NCBI GenBank assembly: GCA_036172245.1
Contig: JAYWIR010000034.1
Span: 682,001 to 746,000, forward strand
From: Raillietiella orientalis
Lineage: Eukaryota
DNA length: 64,000 nt
Reading direction: 5' to 3'
Shown here piece after piece: positions 25,701-40,700 of the stretch. The first letter of the stretch is position 1; every line of letters begins with the position of its first letter. Under the pieces are notes generated by a model, which did not search any database, was not told the DNA's origin, and was given only the letters and a program-made list of their open reading frames with translations. The position numbers and the translations under genes were made by a program.

Positions 25701-28700
25701 TCAAATTACAATATGCTGTTCTCATATCGAAGATCTCAATAGATTTTTGTTCATCTGAGATTTATGTTTGTTTCTGAAAATTCATTCAATCACTTCCGCA
25801 TTTATTCGTTCTTGCAAAAACAAAGCTTTGTAATTTCTATAGAAATGCTGGGTATTTTACCTGGATCCCCTCCCCTCAAGCTTTTGAACCTCAACATATT
25901 TGAACACACGAGTTTCGTACCTGAAGAATTTGAATACCTGCTCCGTATTATACGAATGCATGTAGTTACAAGCAAAGCTAATATGAATTCTTGGCTGATG
26001 CATATTAACTAAAGATATAAGTACAAAATAAACATACTATAAAATACGCTGAAGAAAATTTTAAAAACGTGCACTAGAATTTTGAAGAATCTCTAAAACT
26101 GGGATATGTTATATACAACAAGTTCTTGCAAAAAAACAAAAGTTGTCTTTCTCTTTTAGAAAGCAAGAGCTTACTTTTCCTTAGAATTACCGCACAGACA
26201 TTCTTCAGTACGTTGACTACATGCATTTCTAAGGCACAGAATTTCGAAAAATTTCGAAATTTCGAAAGCTGATGATTTTCCCTTACTCTCGTTCAAGGCA
26301 TTGCTGCGACCACGCTTAGGCTTACTGAAATCTAAAGCGCTCTGTAATTCGAGCCTCCTCCACCCACTTGATCGTTCAAGTTCCCAAAAACCTTGCATTA
26401 AAATACGATCACTCAAAGAATAAGAATCCTAATGTTCTGGAACCTCATGAAGTATATCCTGAAAGTTCCTCATCAGCTCTCACTGAAACGACATGAACCT
26501 TCTTTGTAGTCCCAGCTTTCAAGAACATTACTTCTGCAAAATAAAGACGTGCCTCGTGCCTCACAATAATCATTACTTCATTCCATATCTGATTCTATTC
26601 AAGTTAGCTGCTTTCCTACAACTGGATTGAAGAGAATCACACATCCTTCTAATGTCGCCATCATTCATTCATTTCTTTCTGCAGAGATGAAGCTGGTGAG
26701 ATTGAGTTAAAATGAATGAGGACTTGGCGCATGTTTCATCACTATATAACGATTTGCCTTTGCACTGTACTGAAACCTTTGTTTGGACAGTTTACAAACA
26801 ATAAGTTCTTGTCTCAGTCTGACGTGAAAATGAATGCTTGTAGCAGCATCAAATTAGAAACAAACACTTTCACAATGCAAATAACACTTCACAGGCCTTG
26901 ATTCTTTGAAACCATTTAAAACCTGAATATAGCAAGATTTCTCTAACCATTTTAATTTCAAGAATCAATACTTCTAGTTGATGATTTGACCAACTGGAGA
27001 CTGATTTCACTGAGTTACAACATGACACACACAACCCACAGTCAAAAAACACAGGTGCAATATACTCTTCATTGAAACTGAAAAGTGAAATTTGCGCTGC
27101 AAAAGGCATGATTTTTTGAAATTTCCAATAACATGAAGCAGAACATTTCATATATAGGCTAGACTAATGTGATCGGAAACGAATCTCAATACATGACAAG
27201 AAAATTCAGACCTTCTGAGCACACACATTTGTTGTATCATGGAGATGATATGATGACATAAACTATTTTTCAGAAAACAATGTCTGCTAAACACTTGTCT
27301 GTTAAACAAAACTATCTTACACCTCACTTTTGAATACTTTTTTGAAATAGTTCTGATGGTCTGTGTAAATTATGCTACTAATAGTCTTTTGCCACTGACA
27401 AATAAAGCTTCAATTAACTTAAACAGATGCACACTGATGTTAAAGTATTTATTCAAAAATGCTCCAAACAAAATAACCATCTAAATTTATCAATGGCCAC
27501 ACATAGGATTCCAAGGAATTCATGAGGTATTCAATTGTGTACAGGAGGAAAGACTGAGCGACAGTCCTAAATGAAAACCATCCCCTTTGATCATGGTTTC
27601 CTGGTCATCATATGAAATCGCAATACTAGATGGGTTCAAAATTCGCCTGCTATTACTTGACTCTTCAAAGAATGACTTCTACTGCACCCTTGCAAGGTGT
27701 TTCCAGGGAATTCACAGTGGGGCATGATAATCGTTGAATTTTATCATAAGCAACACCGAATTTATTTTAATCTGACTTCTATCGTAAGCTTTAAACAGAA
27801 AATTTCTTACAAATCTCACAACCTGGTAAACAGTGAAATAGCTCGATCGCTCTCTTATTTAATATAATAGGTGATTAATTTGTTCCGAAAGTGACCCGGT
27901 GATTGCAAATAAAGTTAGAAAAGCTGTGAATATGGAAGCATACTTCATGAATATTGCTAGTCTTTAACCTCGAAATCAACCACTGTCTGCACATTTAACG
28001 TCGATGCTTGTTATGGGTAAATTAGCACCTAAGTGCTGAAAGATGGAATTCTTCCCAATGCCAAGATCTTCTGTCAAGATATGACGAACTACTACGAGCT
28101 TCTTCTCGTACAAAGTCAGACTGTAGGTGCAAATATAGCATTGATATTCAGTCATCGAAAACAAATCTTTATTTGGATAAAGATCTTTACAAACGAGATC
28201 TGTATTCAAATAAAGATTTGTTTACAAATGAGCATTTATTCAGCTCTTAAAGCATTATCTTGACTAAACAATTGGTAAAGAAAAGAAAAGAAAAGAAAAG
28301 AAAAGAAACAGCAGCAGTTTGGGAGAAAGGGCAAATGAGAGAACTACTCCCTTCCACATCATCATAAAACGTTCCTAGCTTTTCTTCTTTTAGCCCTGGA
28401 ACTCCTTGTTTAGGTTTAAGTTTCCTCTTACAAATATTGGAGTTAACTTTTTAAACTCGAGTTGCTGTCAACTGCAATTGCTTAAATTTTAAGAATCTAT
28501 TAAATGATTCATTCCGCATTCTGAATTAGCAATTGACTGTTAATTAATTGATTACATGATGGGAGTCTAAAATTCCTAAGCTAAGATCAGTCGAAGCAGC
28601 AAATGTATCTGATTTTTAATTTCTAACACCTCTAATCAAAAGTTCCCAATGGGAATACAGATTTTCTATTTCAAGAAACTTAATGATGCCTTAATAATGA

Positions 28701-31700
28701 CTGTTTGGTATGAACAATTTCTGGGTTCATTTACGAAAAAATCTGCTTGTATATCATAAGACTTCTCGTACAGACATAACGTCACTCACACTGAAGTACA
28801 TTTATGAAACTAAGTAATTATAATCAACATGTTTGTCCTTTAGTTCATTTTCACTTGATTAGTTTGCAATATTATTCTATCTATCGCTTGCATTCCTCTG
28901 AACCTTTAGTTTTAGAAATGACGAAAAGCAGGTTTCTCAGCATACGATATTTCGATGATGGTAGTTTTTTTTATATTAGCTTTTTCACAAAAACTGAATG
29001 AACTTGTAGAGTTCTGGAAAAGTGATTGATTTTACTTTCTTCACATGCTAAGAAATTCTCAATGATATATGTGGTGTGCATGATTTTTATTGTTCATGTA
29101 CTACAGATTTTTGAAGTGAAAAACTCCAAAGAACATGAAACATATTTAATCGATTTCTTTATTTTCGATATTTTATCCCTTTTAATTTTGAAGACAGACT
29201 TTAAGAGAGAATTGCAGAAGAGAAATGAAAATCACAGACAATGTGGAAAAGTCCATCAATTTTCTAATTGAACTAGTGAATGCTACCTCATAATCTCTTC
29301 AATAACTTATAATACTTACCTGGGCACGTTTCGACGAACAATGATTACAAACTACTCTACCACACCTTCGACAATGATGTCTTCTGGTGAACATAGAGAA
29401 TTCTTCTATTCGACAAACCATGCAAAGTTTTGCCTAAGTAAAGTATATATTTAGCAAATATCCTATTACGTAAAAAATCTTACTTTAAAATCAGGAACCC
29501 AAGCTTTTTTTTCACATCCCCTTGGGGAAGCAGTAGCACTGGGTTCCTCTGAAGAACTATTCCAAGCATCCACAAGATCTGTTACAGGTTCACTTTCACT
29601 AAGACGGGAACCACGATTTAAAGTGCGAATTTCCAATGCTTTGCGGGCATATGAATGGATCAATGCATCAATTTCTGGCTGGAGATTGCTCTTGTAAGTT
29701 AACTCTTTCAGGCTCGCTTCAAAGATCTTCAGTTTTACATTCATCAATAACTGTTCCAATAACAATAATGGAGATTTGGTTAGAATCATATAGCAATGTC
29801 TTTCTTCTGCGGGAATATGCTGTAGAAAACTCAAACCAAAATGCCATAATTCAAATTCTCTGCGCTTTGTTTGTAACTCCATTTTCCATGGACGATTCAA
29901 CATGCTTTCTGATATTTTCAGTTGTACTGCATAGTTGGAGATGCGTTCCATCACATGCTCACACACAAGCAAAGCATTATTCATATCAATACTATTTAAA
30001 GCCTTAAGAAAAAAATTATTGTTACATCAGTAATCAAGTATATAAACATCAAAAAATTCCTTAGACATCTAAAAATGCTAAAATACTTGCGAGAGAAAGC
30101 ATTTCACATCATAAGCATAACAATATAAAAAAAAAAATGCTTTTGAAATAATAATACAAATAATGAATACTTGAAATATATGGGCAGAAAATATAACAAG
30201 AACGAGAAAAAATTGTAGTTTATGATGGCTACATTCGATTCACACAAGTCTAGTCTATCCTCATACAGACATAGAGGAGACAACATGAAGGATATGTCAA
30301 TCAATTGAAGTTCCTAGTTTACACGGGTGCATTACTTTAGTGCACTATTTTAGTGAAAACATTGTAGCTTCAAAGTTGTAATACTAAAAATACGTTAGTT
30401 AGTTGTTGAATATTAAATCATAATTATTAATATTTTTCGAGCACTTTGGCTATGGCTGTTTCAAAATTTCTCCATTCAAAGTGAGACTTGACATTTATAG
30501 AATCTTTGGGCACTGAAACAAATTATATTTTTATTCGAACAGGATTTTATGGTCTACTGAAATGGAATTCCTTAGTACTATTAAATATGGACCCTGAGAT
30601 CGCTCTGCTAAACAACATATGGTTGACCATCAGTCTGTGCAAGGATTGTAGTGGGAACAGGTACATAATTGAAATCCGGATGACTCGTGATAAAGGCTTT
30701 GGCAAACGAGTTCAAGTACATGCTGCTGAGTTTTACCCCCTTAGAATGGGTTTAAAACGACTAAATAAATACTACATGGCATTATAAAGTTCTACTTCTG
30801 AGAACAATAGATAGAATCTATGCAAAGGTTGATGGAAAACATTTTCATGGTAAAAAGGGAATTGCATTGAAATTTCGTAGTAAAAAGACAATCCTTACAA
30901 AACGAAAAAGTAAGGAAAAAAAAAGGCGTATCCACAAATGTGGAAAATGATTTCGGGAATGTTAAAGCTGAGCATGAGGTAAAAACTTGGGAAAGTGTGC
31001 TTGAAGAATTTAGGTGATTAGCAGCTCAAAATTAACTAGCACATATTTCAAGATGGAGAGTGAATGAAGTATACAATTCATTTCAATTATAACACAGCTG
31101 ACCACTGGTAAGCACAGATTAAAACTCATTAACAATATCAGACTGGACTAAAAATTGAGAGGAACTTACAAGACCACAGATAAGAATTCAAAACATAAGA
31201 TTAGTATTATGCAAACAATGAAAATGCATGTCAATAAAGAGATCATAAGCATTCATTAAGCATGCATCAATTATTGCACAACTTTCGAGCTTACATAAGT
31301 GTTGTCTTGTATTCACACAAGAATAACTCTTTTAAGGTCATTACTGAAACTGAGACCTTTGACTTTGTAGGCCTATTTTTTTTCAGGAAAATTGCCTGCA
31401 CTGTTTTAATAAAGTTTAAATAGAATAACTTTTCAATAAGAATTCTTTTTTCTTTCAATTACTTTTCAAAATACCAATTCATTCAAATTCAATCTCAGAA
31501 TAACTACAACCTATCAAAACATTACCAAGATTTCTGGAACTGCAAAATTCCACACAAAATGCATAATCTACCAAATGCCACCACAGTTACTGGTTGTTTA
31601 CAAAACTAAACTACAGAATTTGATAATATACTCAAATGGGTTAGAATTTATTACACACTTTCACATAATTACATTCCTCCCAATTATATAAAAATCTACG

Positions 31701-34700
31701 AAAATGCTATCAGAATCTCATTGATTTCAACAATAATTTATGGTAACGTAACGTATTCACATAACTACAAACCGAAGCAACAAATCTGGGATAGTAAAAC
31801 TTGGAAACGAGGAAAAACCCATAATAGTAACATTACCTTGAGTGCCCGCTTAAGATCTGGAATGTTTGTGTCCAACAGAGACATTAAGTAACTTTCATGA
31901 ACTAAAAGCTGAAGCGATGATGGCAAAGAATGTATTCTTCCCCATCTGAGAATTAAATCAAACTATGTGATTGTTGATGCATACGTTATTCAAAAACTAA
32001 AAATTACCTGTCTGCACTCATTCAGAGAGGTAATAACAGTCAATGGTTTTGAGACAGACAAAGCTTCCACTTCTTGCCACTGAAGAGCAGTTCCAAGCTG
32101 CACAATCTGGAAATAAGTACAACAGTTCCAACACTACTGAGAATTTGAGTGATTATTGCCTCCTGATAAATTTGTAATTTCTCTCGCAACTCCTTCAAAG
32201 ACTCAATGAGGGCCTTGGGCAAAAAATTCTTCTCAGCCAATAAATGGCACATTTGCACATAATTGATAGCATCTTCAGCTTGAAATTTACTAACGTTGTG
32301 TAGTACACACTCACAGATCAAGGGCAAATTGTGCAATGCAATATTTCTGTTAGGAATATTACCTAAATTGAAGCATGAAATGTTTTTTGCCAAATGTATA
32401 TCGTTGTTACCTGATGAAATGATGTGGCATGCTAGTAAATCAAAAACATGAAACAACTGCGCATTTCTAGCAACTGGATGTTCACAAATATCCAAGATGA
32501 CATCAAAGGCTGCTGTGAAATTTTCATTTATAAGCTTCGTTAAAGCTGTCCACAAGGTAAACTGATCAGCCAGCATTGCTACAAGAATGTTTTCAGTTCT
32601 CAAGAGAGAGCACAGACTTTTGCCATAACTTGTCTGTGAAATCTCATCAAATGGGAACAGTGGTACATTGAAATCGATGCACTTCTTTATAAATACAGCC
32701 AAAAGTTCACATTCTTCTGATAAATACTGATACAACGCTATTGGGGCTTCTCTCTCGACTGGAATTGATGCTGGTTTGAACTGTTGATTTTCCTGCGCTG
32801 ACTCATAATGAGCGTAGTCCAAGTTAATAAAAAATGGGGAATCAATAACATCAAAAAGTGATTTCACAGCTAAAAAGAAAAATAAAGGTAAGCACCCGTA
32901 TCAAATTTGAAGTAGCAGAAAATATTAAGAACTAGATAAGAATATTTCCAACCATAACTGAAATCTTTGAAATTTGGCAGGGAGAATATATAGCCAAAAC
33001 ACCACCATACATATAAGAAAAAACTAAGGAAATCACGAGCTAATGACATCCTATTTCAGATTGTGAATAACATACAACTGAACAAGATTAATTGATACCT
33101 TGCATGTGCTTCAAATTTTGTAAAATACGAAAAATCAGAGATACATTCAAAAGGCATCAAGCAACAATAGTTTTAAAAATTTTTTAATCAAACTCACTGA
33201 TCAAATGAAGAATCTTTATTGAAACTTTAAAATCGTCTATGGACCTTGTATACATTGCTAACTACCCACACATATGCTTAGCAATATAAGGCATACACAT
33301 CAAGCAGCACAGAACAATATATGGAAAGGATTATACTTATAAGAAACCAGTAAACATATCAATGGCCTTGATCAGAAGTTTGAAGCTTAATTCATTTATA
33401 CTAATTGGATAACTGGCTTTGTAATTGCATCAACTCCACAAAACTAGTCCATGACATTAAATGAATGAAACAAGCTTGAGACAAAATGTAAATGAGTATC
33501 ACAAAAAAGCCTATTAAGTATCCATTTTTCAATATAATGACATAAATATATCAAATTCTGGCATAAATAATAATTACTGAGAAAAAAACAATGATTATCT
33601 TTAAAATTTTAAGACCTTGATGTACCCTACTCAAAAATGGCATTAGATAGCTACCAAAGTCTACAGCTAATTCAGAAGATTCCAGAAGATGATGGTCAGT
33701 AATCATTGTCATGATAATACTGCTATCCATATGTTGTAATATTGGTGGCACAAAAATTGTGCTTTTTTGCTTATCTATGTGAATGTGAGTCCTCAAGTAC
33801 TCTTCCTGGGCTTCATCAAGTTGTTGTTGCAACTCCAAAGGATTGAAAACCTAACGAAATTAATAAGATATTTGCATATGGTAATAAAAAAATAAATACC
33901 CGTAATTTAGGACAACCATAGGCAGCACCCCAAACAGCAAACACATATTTTAAAAAGTTAGTTTGATTTGGTAGCAAATTATCTGGTAACATTGACCAGT
34001 TGGGCAATAAGTTTTGCAAGGATACAGGTAAGGCGTATCGAAGACCAAGAATTCTGTATTTAGCATCAAATAATGTAACAAGACCGATTTGGCCAATCCT
34101 CAATGCAATGCAACGTTCAGACATCATTTGATATAAAGTACAGGAAGACCATAGTCCACTTTTTCCTTGAGAAGCCCAGTTTAATGCACCACAAACACTT
34201 AAAAGATTAGTAACATTTAACCAAAACGCAGTGACTTCAGATTCATCAGCAAGAAGTTCAATATCAGCTTGTGCTAACTGATTCCAACTCCTGACAATAG
34301 CAATAATTTTCTTATAGAGAACTGTATGATGATAAATGCTCTGATGTCCGCCTTGGGTTTGCAATAAAAACTGATGAGCACTGATGAGCAAGTCTCTCAC
34401 CAATAATTCAGGATGCTTTGTGATTTCACAACTCAAATAAGATGTTTTCTGAAATAGGAATTTTTTGATTTAGATATTGACCAAGATGCTACTTTAATAG
34501 AACTTTGGAATAAAAACATCCCAAATTTCTTTTGGAAAAACATTCTAAAGAATTACATGCAAAGCAATAACATTAAAAAATCTCTGAAAAATGAATGAAA
34601 CGCAGTTTTTAAATAACAGTGCTTCTTGAATTCTCAATTAACTTCTTAATAATTTCTTATAGTATTAATAGTACTAATAATGATGATGATGATACAACAA

Positions 34701-37700
34701 CATCATCTTTTTAAGTGCATCCTGTATGCTGAAATAAAGATGCCAATCCGACACACAAATGAAATTAGTCACTTTCATACAAAGCATTGATTAGGATGAA
34801 ACTTTAACTGAAACATACCATAGCATCCTTGTTCAGAACGTTAACAAATTCAGACTTAGAAGATTTTTTCAAAGAAATGTGAGTGTTGTTCAAAGATGGT
34901 TCTACGAGCACTTTTGCGATTTTATGGGGTACATCTATTCCAAGTTCACTGGACCAAACTTTCAATGAGTCAACCATGAACTCATGTTTAAAAATGCATT
35001 CAGAAAGCAGTTGTTTTAAAGAAGTGCTAAGAAAATCAAATGGATCTTGCAGAACATCTGAAATCAAGATTTGTTCACTAAACTGCTGATATTTGTGAAA
35101 AGAATCACCTTTAAAGTAATCACCAAAACACTTTTTGAGACCTTTGACATACTTATAAATATGAAACAAATAGTTTTCCTGAGATCCTGAAACACCAATT
35201 TATGATAAAAGAGCAATAATAAACATGCACATCAAACAACGCAAGAAAACTAATAACAAGTATTCAACTTGGTTTATTAACAATAACAACATGAATACAT
35301 CGGTACAAAATCTTTCCTAAACTAAGATTGATTAACTATAGGGCAAACTGCCCTACAGTTAATCAATCGAACTGGAACATGAGTACATCCATAAAATAAA
35401 CTCCTTGGAGGAGTAAAACAAAAGCGTTTGGGAAATATGAAGAAGCAATTTATTTTACTTTTACCAAAAGAAACTGCCCTAATAATGAAATACTTTACAT
35501 TCGTAATGTTGAGGGTGACAAAATGATTCACTACCAACATTCCTATCAGAATCTTTCTAGTAAAGTATGCGTTGTTCAAAATCAAACAATGCATTACAAA
35601 ATAAAACGAAAACGTAATGTGGAAATAATAATGCCATTTGTATCAAACAGGAAAATGTAAACACATTTAAAAATCAAAAACACGTGTACTTTTCTGAAGA
35701 CTTCTAAAAGGAGCATTAATGGATTATAAATGTTCTTTAAAAAGATATTTAATTAAGAATCTATAAATGTATTTTGTTAATAAATTCAACAAACTGTAAT
35801 TTTTTTTAAAGTTTACCAGCATTTTCACAGATGATTTTCAGAAACTTTTTAAAATGCATAAAGACGAAATTTTTGTCATTATTATTGCTGACAGGTTCTC
35901 TGACTACTCCTACGAGAAGACTTCTTAAGTGTTCAGACTCATTTACATAGGACACAATCTGAGTGACCGTAGCAATTGTGCAATTAGTAGACTTCTTTGA
36001 AAATGAACTAAACATATATTCCAGCATTTTATCTTGCTCCTTAATGGGTGCATGCAAGGAATGAATTTCCGAAACTTTCATAGTTTTGAGGAAATTGTGA
36101 CAGAATGTTAGAACGTAGTTCATCTCGCTTGTCATGGTGCAAGTACTATGCATTAGTACGTATTCCCATAAAATCAAAGTCTGCATCATACGGCAAGGAA
36201 GAAGTAAACATGTATCCAGCTTGAGCAATAACTGCAAATCTGTTTCTGAAAATACATCTAAAAAAGAAAAACCAAGAATTTTCCATGTATTGCTATACAT
36301 GCAACCAGTCAGAGCACCTTTTCCACTGACAATGCCAGGAATAGGATTGGAATCCAAAAATGAATTTATCTCGTCCCAAAATGAATTTAACATCAGCGTT
36401 TCGTTTACAGTGTTTCTTAATTCCTAAAAGATTAGATGAATTGAATTTGCAGTAGTATTTAAGAAAAAAATACACACATACAAAATACTGGAAGAATTTT
36501 TAGTTACCATTACAATTTTTTGATTTCAAATTTATACTGAAATACAAATTCATTATCTTAAAAGTGGGCATCACGTTTGAAAAATATAATCGATAAGTTA
36601 ACGCATGTAGTAAGAAAACATAAATGACAATGGCAATTGAAATACTCGGATCATAAAAATATATAGGTACACTTTAGATAAGGAAATTTACTAAATAAAG
36701 ATTTTTGAATTATCAAATTCAATTTGAATCTTGAATCTACCATTATTTGTAAATTGCCATTCTCCAACGGGATTGTATTGAATGAAGTAAAAATAGACAT
36801 TTCCATTCTATTTAGGAAACTTGAATAAGCTTCATTGAAAACCAGTAGTTTTTCCTCCCAAGTTCCAAATAAATTGAATTTCTGAAAAGAACGAAATTAA
36901 AATTATCAAAAATACACATAAATACATGAAATATACATCAACAGATATCTTGAAGCAATAAGAAGTATTAGTATAAACATAATATACAATGAACTGAAAG
37001 AAATGAGTGGTAGACAAACAGAACAGTACTGAAATCACAAAAAAAAAAAAGAGGGATTTCATCAAATCTACAAATATGAATTCTTTTACAATTTGAGATT
37101 AACAGCGACTGCAGAGCTCTTTTTTAAACAGAAAATGCAATTTACTTAAAAGTACAGGTGAAACCTAGTTTTTTGCAAGCACACAGGCACTATAAACTCC
37201 TTTAGCTGGTACCTGATATAAAGAAAATAATTCAAAATTACATCAAAACCCAATGACAACTGCTCGTTATATTCACTAAATTGTGGTATATGGTATATTC
37301 TACACAAACCTCTACATTGAAAACCAATGTTGCATTCAATTTAATCATGACAAGAACAATAAGGATTGAAAATGTATAAAATGTTTTTAGAGGTAACTAT
37401 ACTTTTCTCTGAGAAGCATGCATTTAAATATCTTTGGAAGATAAAGAAACTGAAAACTAATTTTTCTCCCGAATAAAAAATGAATAAATATTTGCACAAC
37501 TAAATTCAAGAGGAATGTTTCAAAGCTACGAAGCATGTGCTAGAAGAAGGCAACTGAATGTTGTGACTTTATACAAATATTAGTTCCCTTTTTCTGCAGT
37601 TCTGAATGTATTCGAAATGTAATAATAAACAGCTTGGTGAACTAATGACATTTAAAAAAACAGCGTGGAAATAATTTCACCAGGAAACACAGTATGCTTT

Positions 37701-40700
37701 CAGTAATTACTGTCATCACCCTTTACTTATTAATTTATTATTACATATCCATTATTTTAACCTAAATCCTCATATCCTAAGAAAGTTAAACAAATCACTC
37801 AGAAATGCAAATCTTAAAGGACTGTATTCATGCAAAGTAAATGAATTCAACATTTTATGTTTCATTCTTTTTATGTTTAAAAACCAATCAAGTGCTTTTA
37901 ATGAATCATCTAATTTTCCAACATTAAAATGATTAGTCTGCAAATTCAAAAGGATGTAAGACACAGTATTAAGAAAGAATGCAGTCCATGGTAGGAAAAA
38001 GAAAATCGGAGCCACAAAGCAAACTGTACCTCAATGACTTCATGAGCTTTGAGAAAATTCTGTTTAGCAATCGTCAACAGAATAATATCTTTGGGATATG
38101 AAAATAACAATTCGATAGTAGCTTCAGCAAACATAGGAACATGCCCACACACTTGAACTCTGGCTTTAGTTCGTTGTCTCCATTCTAAAATCAAAATATA
38201 TGCCGATAATGATGCAAGAAAACTTGTCCTTTGAAATTTATTGGAGGACTTTCAAGTAATGATTCCATCTTTTCTAAAATTGTCATATATATAAGACATT
38301 CAATTCAACATTTAATTGAATCAGGTTACCATTGCAAAAACAGTTAAAATCGAATCCAAAATGGAAGAAAAATGCAAAATTTGTTTAATATCAATGCGTT
38401 TATGCATTAAATGCATTGTTTCAAATGTTTAGCGATTTCCAGCACGGGAAAATCAAAATGCTGTAGAAGTTGAATCATGCATCGAAATTCTAGATATTCA
38501 AAGAATTTGCAAATTTAAATCAGAAGACTTAGTATCATCTGATTTCACAGGTAAGCACATACCCGACATCAAAAAATGAAAAGTAAAACTTGCACTTAAA
38601 ATAAATATATGATTGCACTAATGCAATGGAGATTTTTTAGTGAAAACATCATCCAAGTCACTGCTGTGTCCATTTACAAATGAAACATTCCTGCTTTGAC
38701 TCGGGATATTACTTAACAAGAACCTCCTAATTTCAATGCTTATACACCAAAGACTTTTGTCTATAAATCCACTATCATAGATTTGATTCAATTGACCATT
38801 TTTTTATACCTCTAAGCTTACTGATGTTGCCACTAGATCAGCTGCACTTGAACTGAAATTCTTGAATATTTCAAAACGTTCCAAAAGTAGGACCTGAATT
38901 ATGCCCAGACAATTTTCTCTTTGTTTTACTGACACATGTAATCATGAAAGCATGTTAGTCATGAACAAGAATCATTATTCTGAATTAATGACTCATACAA
39001 GTTCCTCCTGTTATTTAATGCAATACTAATAAAGATTTTATGGTTTATAGCTTTCACTTGATTGATTTCGCCTTTGTTTTTTTCATTCTTCATACGAATG
39101 CTCTTTTCCTGCTTATCACTTCATCCAAACTTGGTAAGCAATAGACCCATGTAAACGTAATTTGTTTAATGTTAATTATTTATACGGAATAGGAAAGACA
39201 AAAGATTCCTCAACTAAGACGTAATTTTCGTTTCCAAAGGGTCCATCAGTTATACTTTTTGTAGAGAATTATTATTCTTTAAAAAAAGTATAAACTGCAT
39301 ATCAAACGTATTGGCAACTTACCTCACTTCTTATTCATAAAATGAAAATACATTTGTCGAGGTTTGTATATTTAAGCTATTCTTTTACAATCCATTTATT
39401 TATATGGAGAACACAATCAAGGCGTGCAGCTTAAGAGCATACTTATATATTCTTATGATATCTGAGCAACATATAGCAGTTAGTATCATTGAAAAGATAG
39501 AGTTCTTCCATTCCGAAACAAAGGCTAGAAAACATTTGTTTTAACAGTTTTGGAATGGTCAACTTAATAAACCTACATTTTATGACAAGCTTCAGGTGAC
39601 ACAATGTTTACCGAAAACAATTTAGGAAAGAACAAGACAAAAGTTGAGGAGAAGATTGCATTTTGTGGCGAATTCACACTCATACAAGCAGAAGAAACCC
39701 AAAGCATTATTACTGTTTTTAATCTGAACATTCCTAAACAGGTGCACTAAATTTCAGAAGCAATTACACCAACATTACCTTTAATATTGGGGCTCACAGG
39801 AGTTAACGGGAAAAAAGTCTGTGACGCAAAATGGTTTGTAAAGTGCTCACCGGATGGAACTGCAAATAACCTCCAAAGGGCATCTTCTATCTGACATTGC
39901 AAGCTGGGAGGATTTTTGTTATTCTAAAGTGAATTTTAATTCAACATTTATATACCTTTGAATAGCATGCAAATAGCACTCATTCTTCTTATTTTCCATA
40001 GAACCATTATGGCTTTCATCCAAAACAGTGTCTTTTGTTATATCTTGCATGCAAAGGAGTAAATCCTTGGTGAAATTCAAACCACACAGAAATCCAAATT
40101 TATAGGAAGTTAATGAAATTAAATCAGACGAACTGGATAATGGCACATGAATATCATTCGTAAAACTGTTCTGATATGATGACACAATCTTATCCGACTT
40201 AGAAGTACAGGTTTTATTGGATAAAAATCTGGTCGATTCTTTTTCCGAATCTGAACCACTATGACCTTCGTGTTCTTCATCAAAGGAATATGATGGCAAA
40301 AGATCACGATGTTGGAGAAACAGCAAAGAAAAGGCATTTTGTATTGTCTCTACTCTAAAAGAATGAGAATTTTATTTACATCTGCGATTTTCCATTTGAA
40401 CTGTTTTTTTGAGTAAAATCGAGAATGTTGAAAATTCTGTGAGTACACAAAAAACATGTTGTAACAAACAATAATGTACTGAACTGCTATGACATTCTTG
40501 CATCACACATGAAGATACGGAGTAGAAATAAATATCTTCTGATCTGATGCAGTTTTCAAATAATCTCCCAATAAATGATACAGTGTTGATGAAACATGAA
40601 ATTCTTATTATAAATGAATACCCACTTGTGAGTTGCTATCTCAGCTACTATAGCTTCTGATTTCGAACAACAAATGCATACAAATATGTAACTTTACAGT

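Noticed and set aside
30488..30787. 99-aa intronic ORF with a faint RNase H-like VHAAEFYPL motif
   Set aside because: Too degenerate to call; the other catalytic residues are not identifiable.
37770..38015. 81-aa minus-strand ORF considered as a ZFYVE26 exon
   Set aside because: It has no phase-compatible donor; exon 38184-38030 joins 36881-36741 directly with a better spastizin match (AHEVIE-KFNL).
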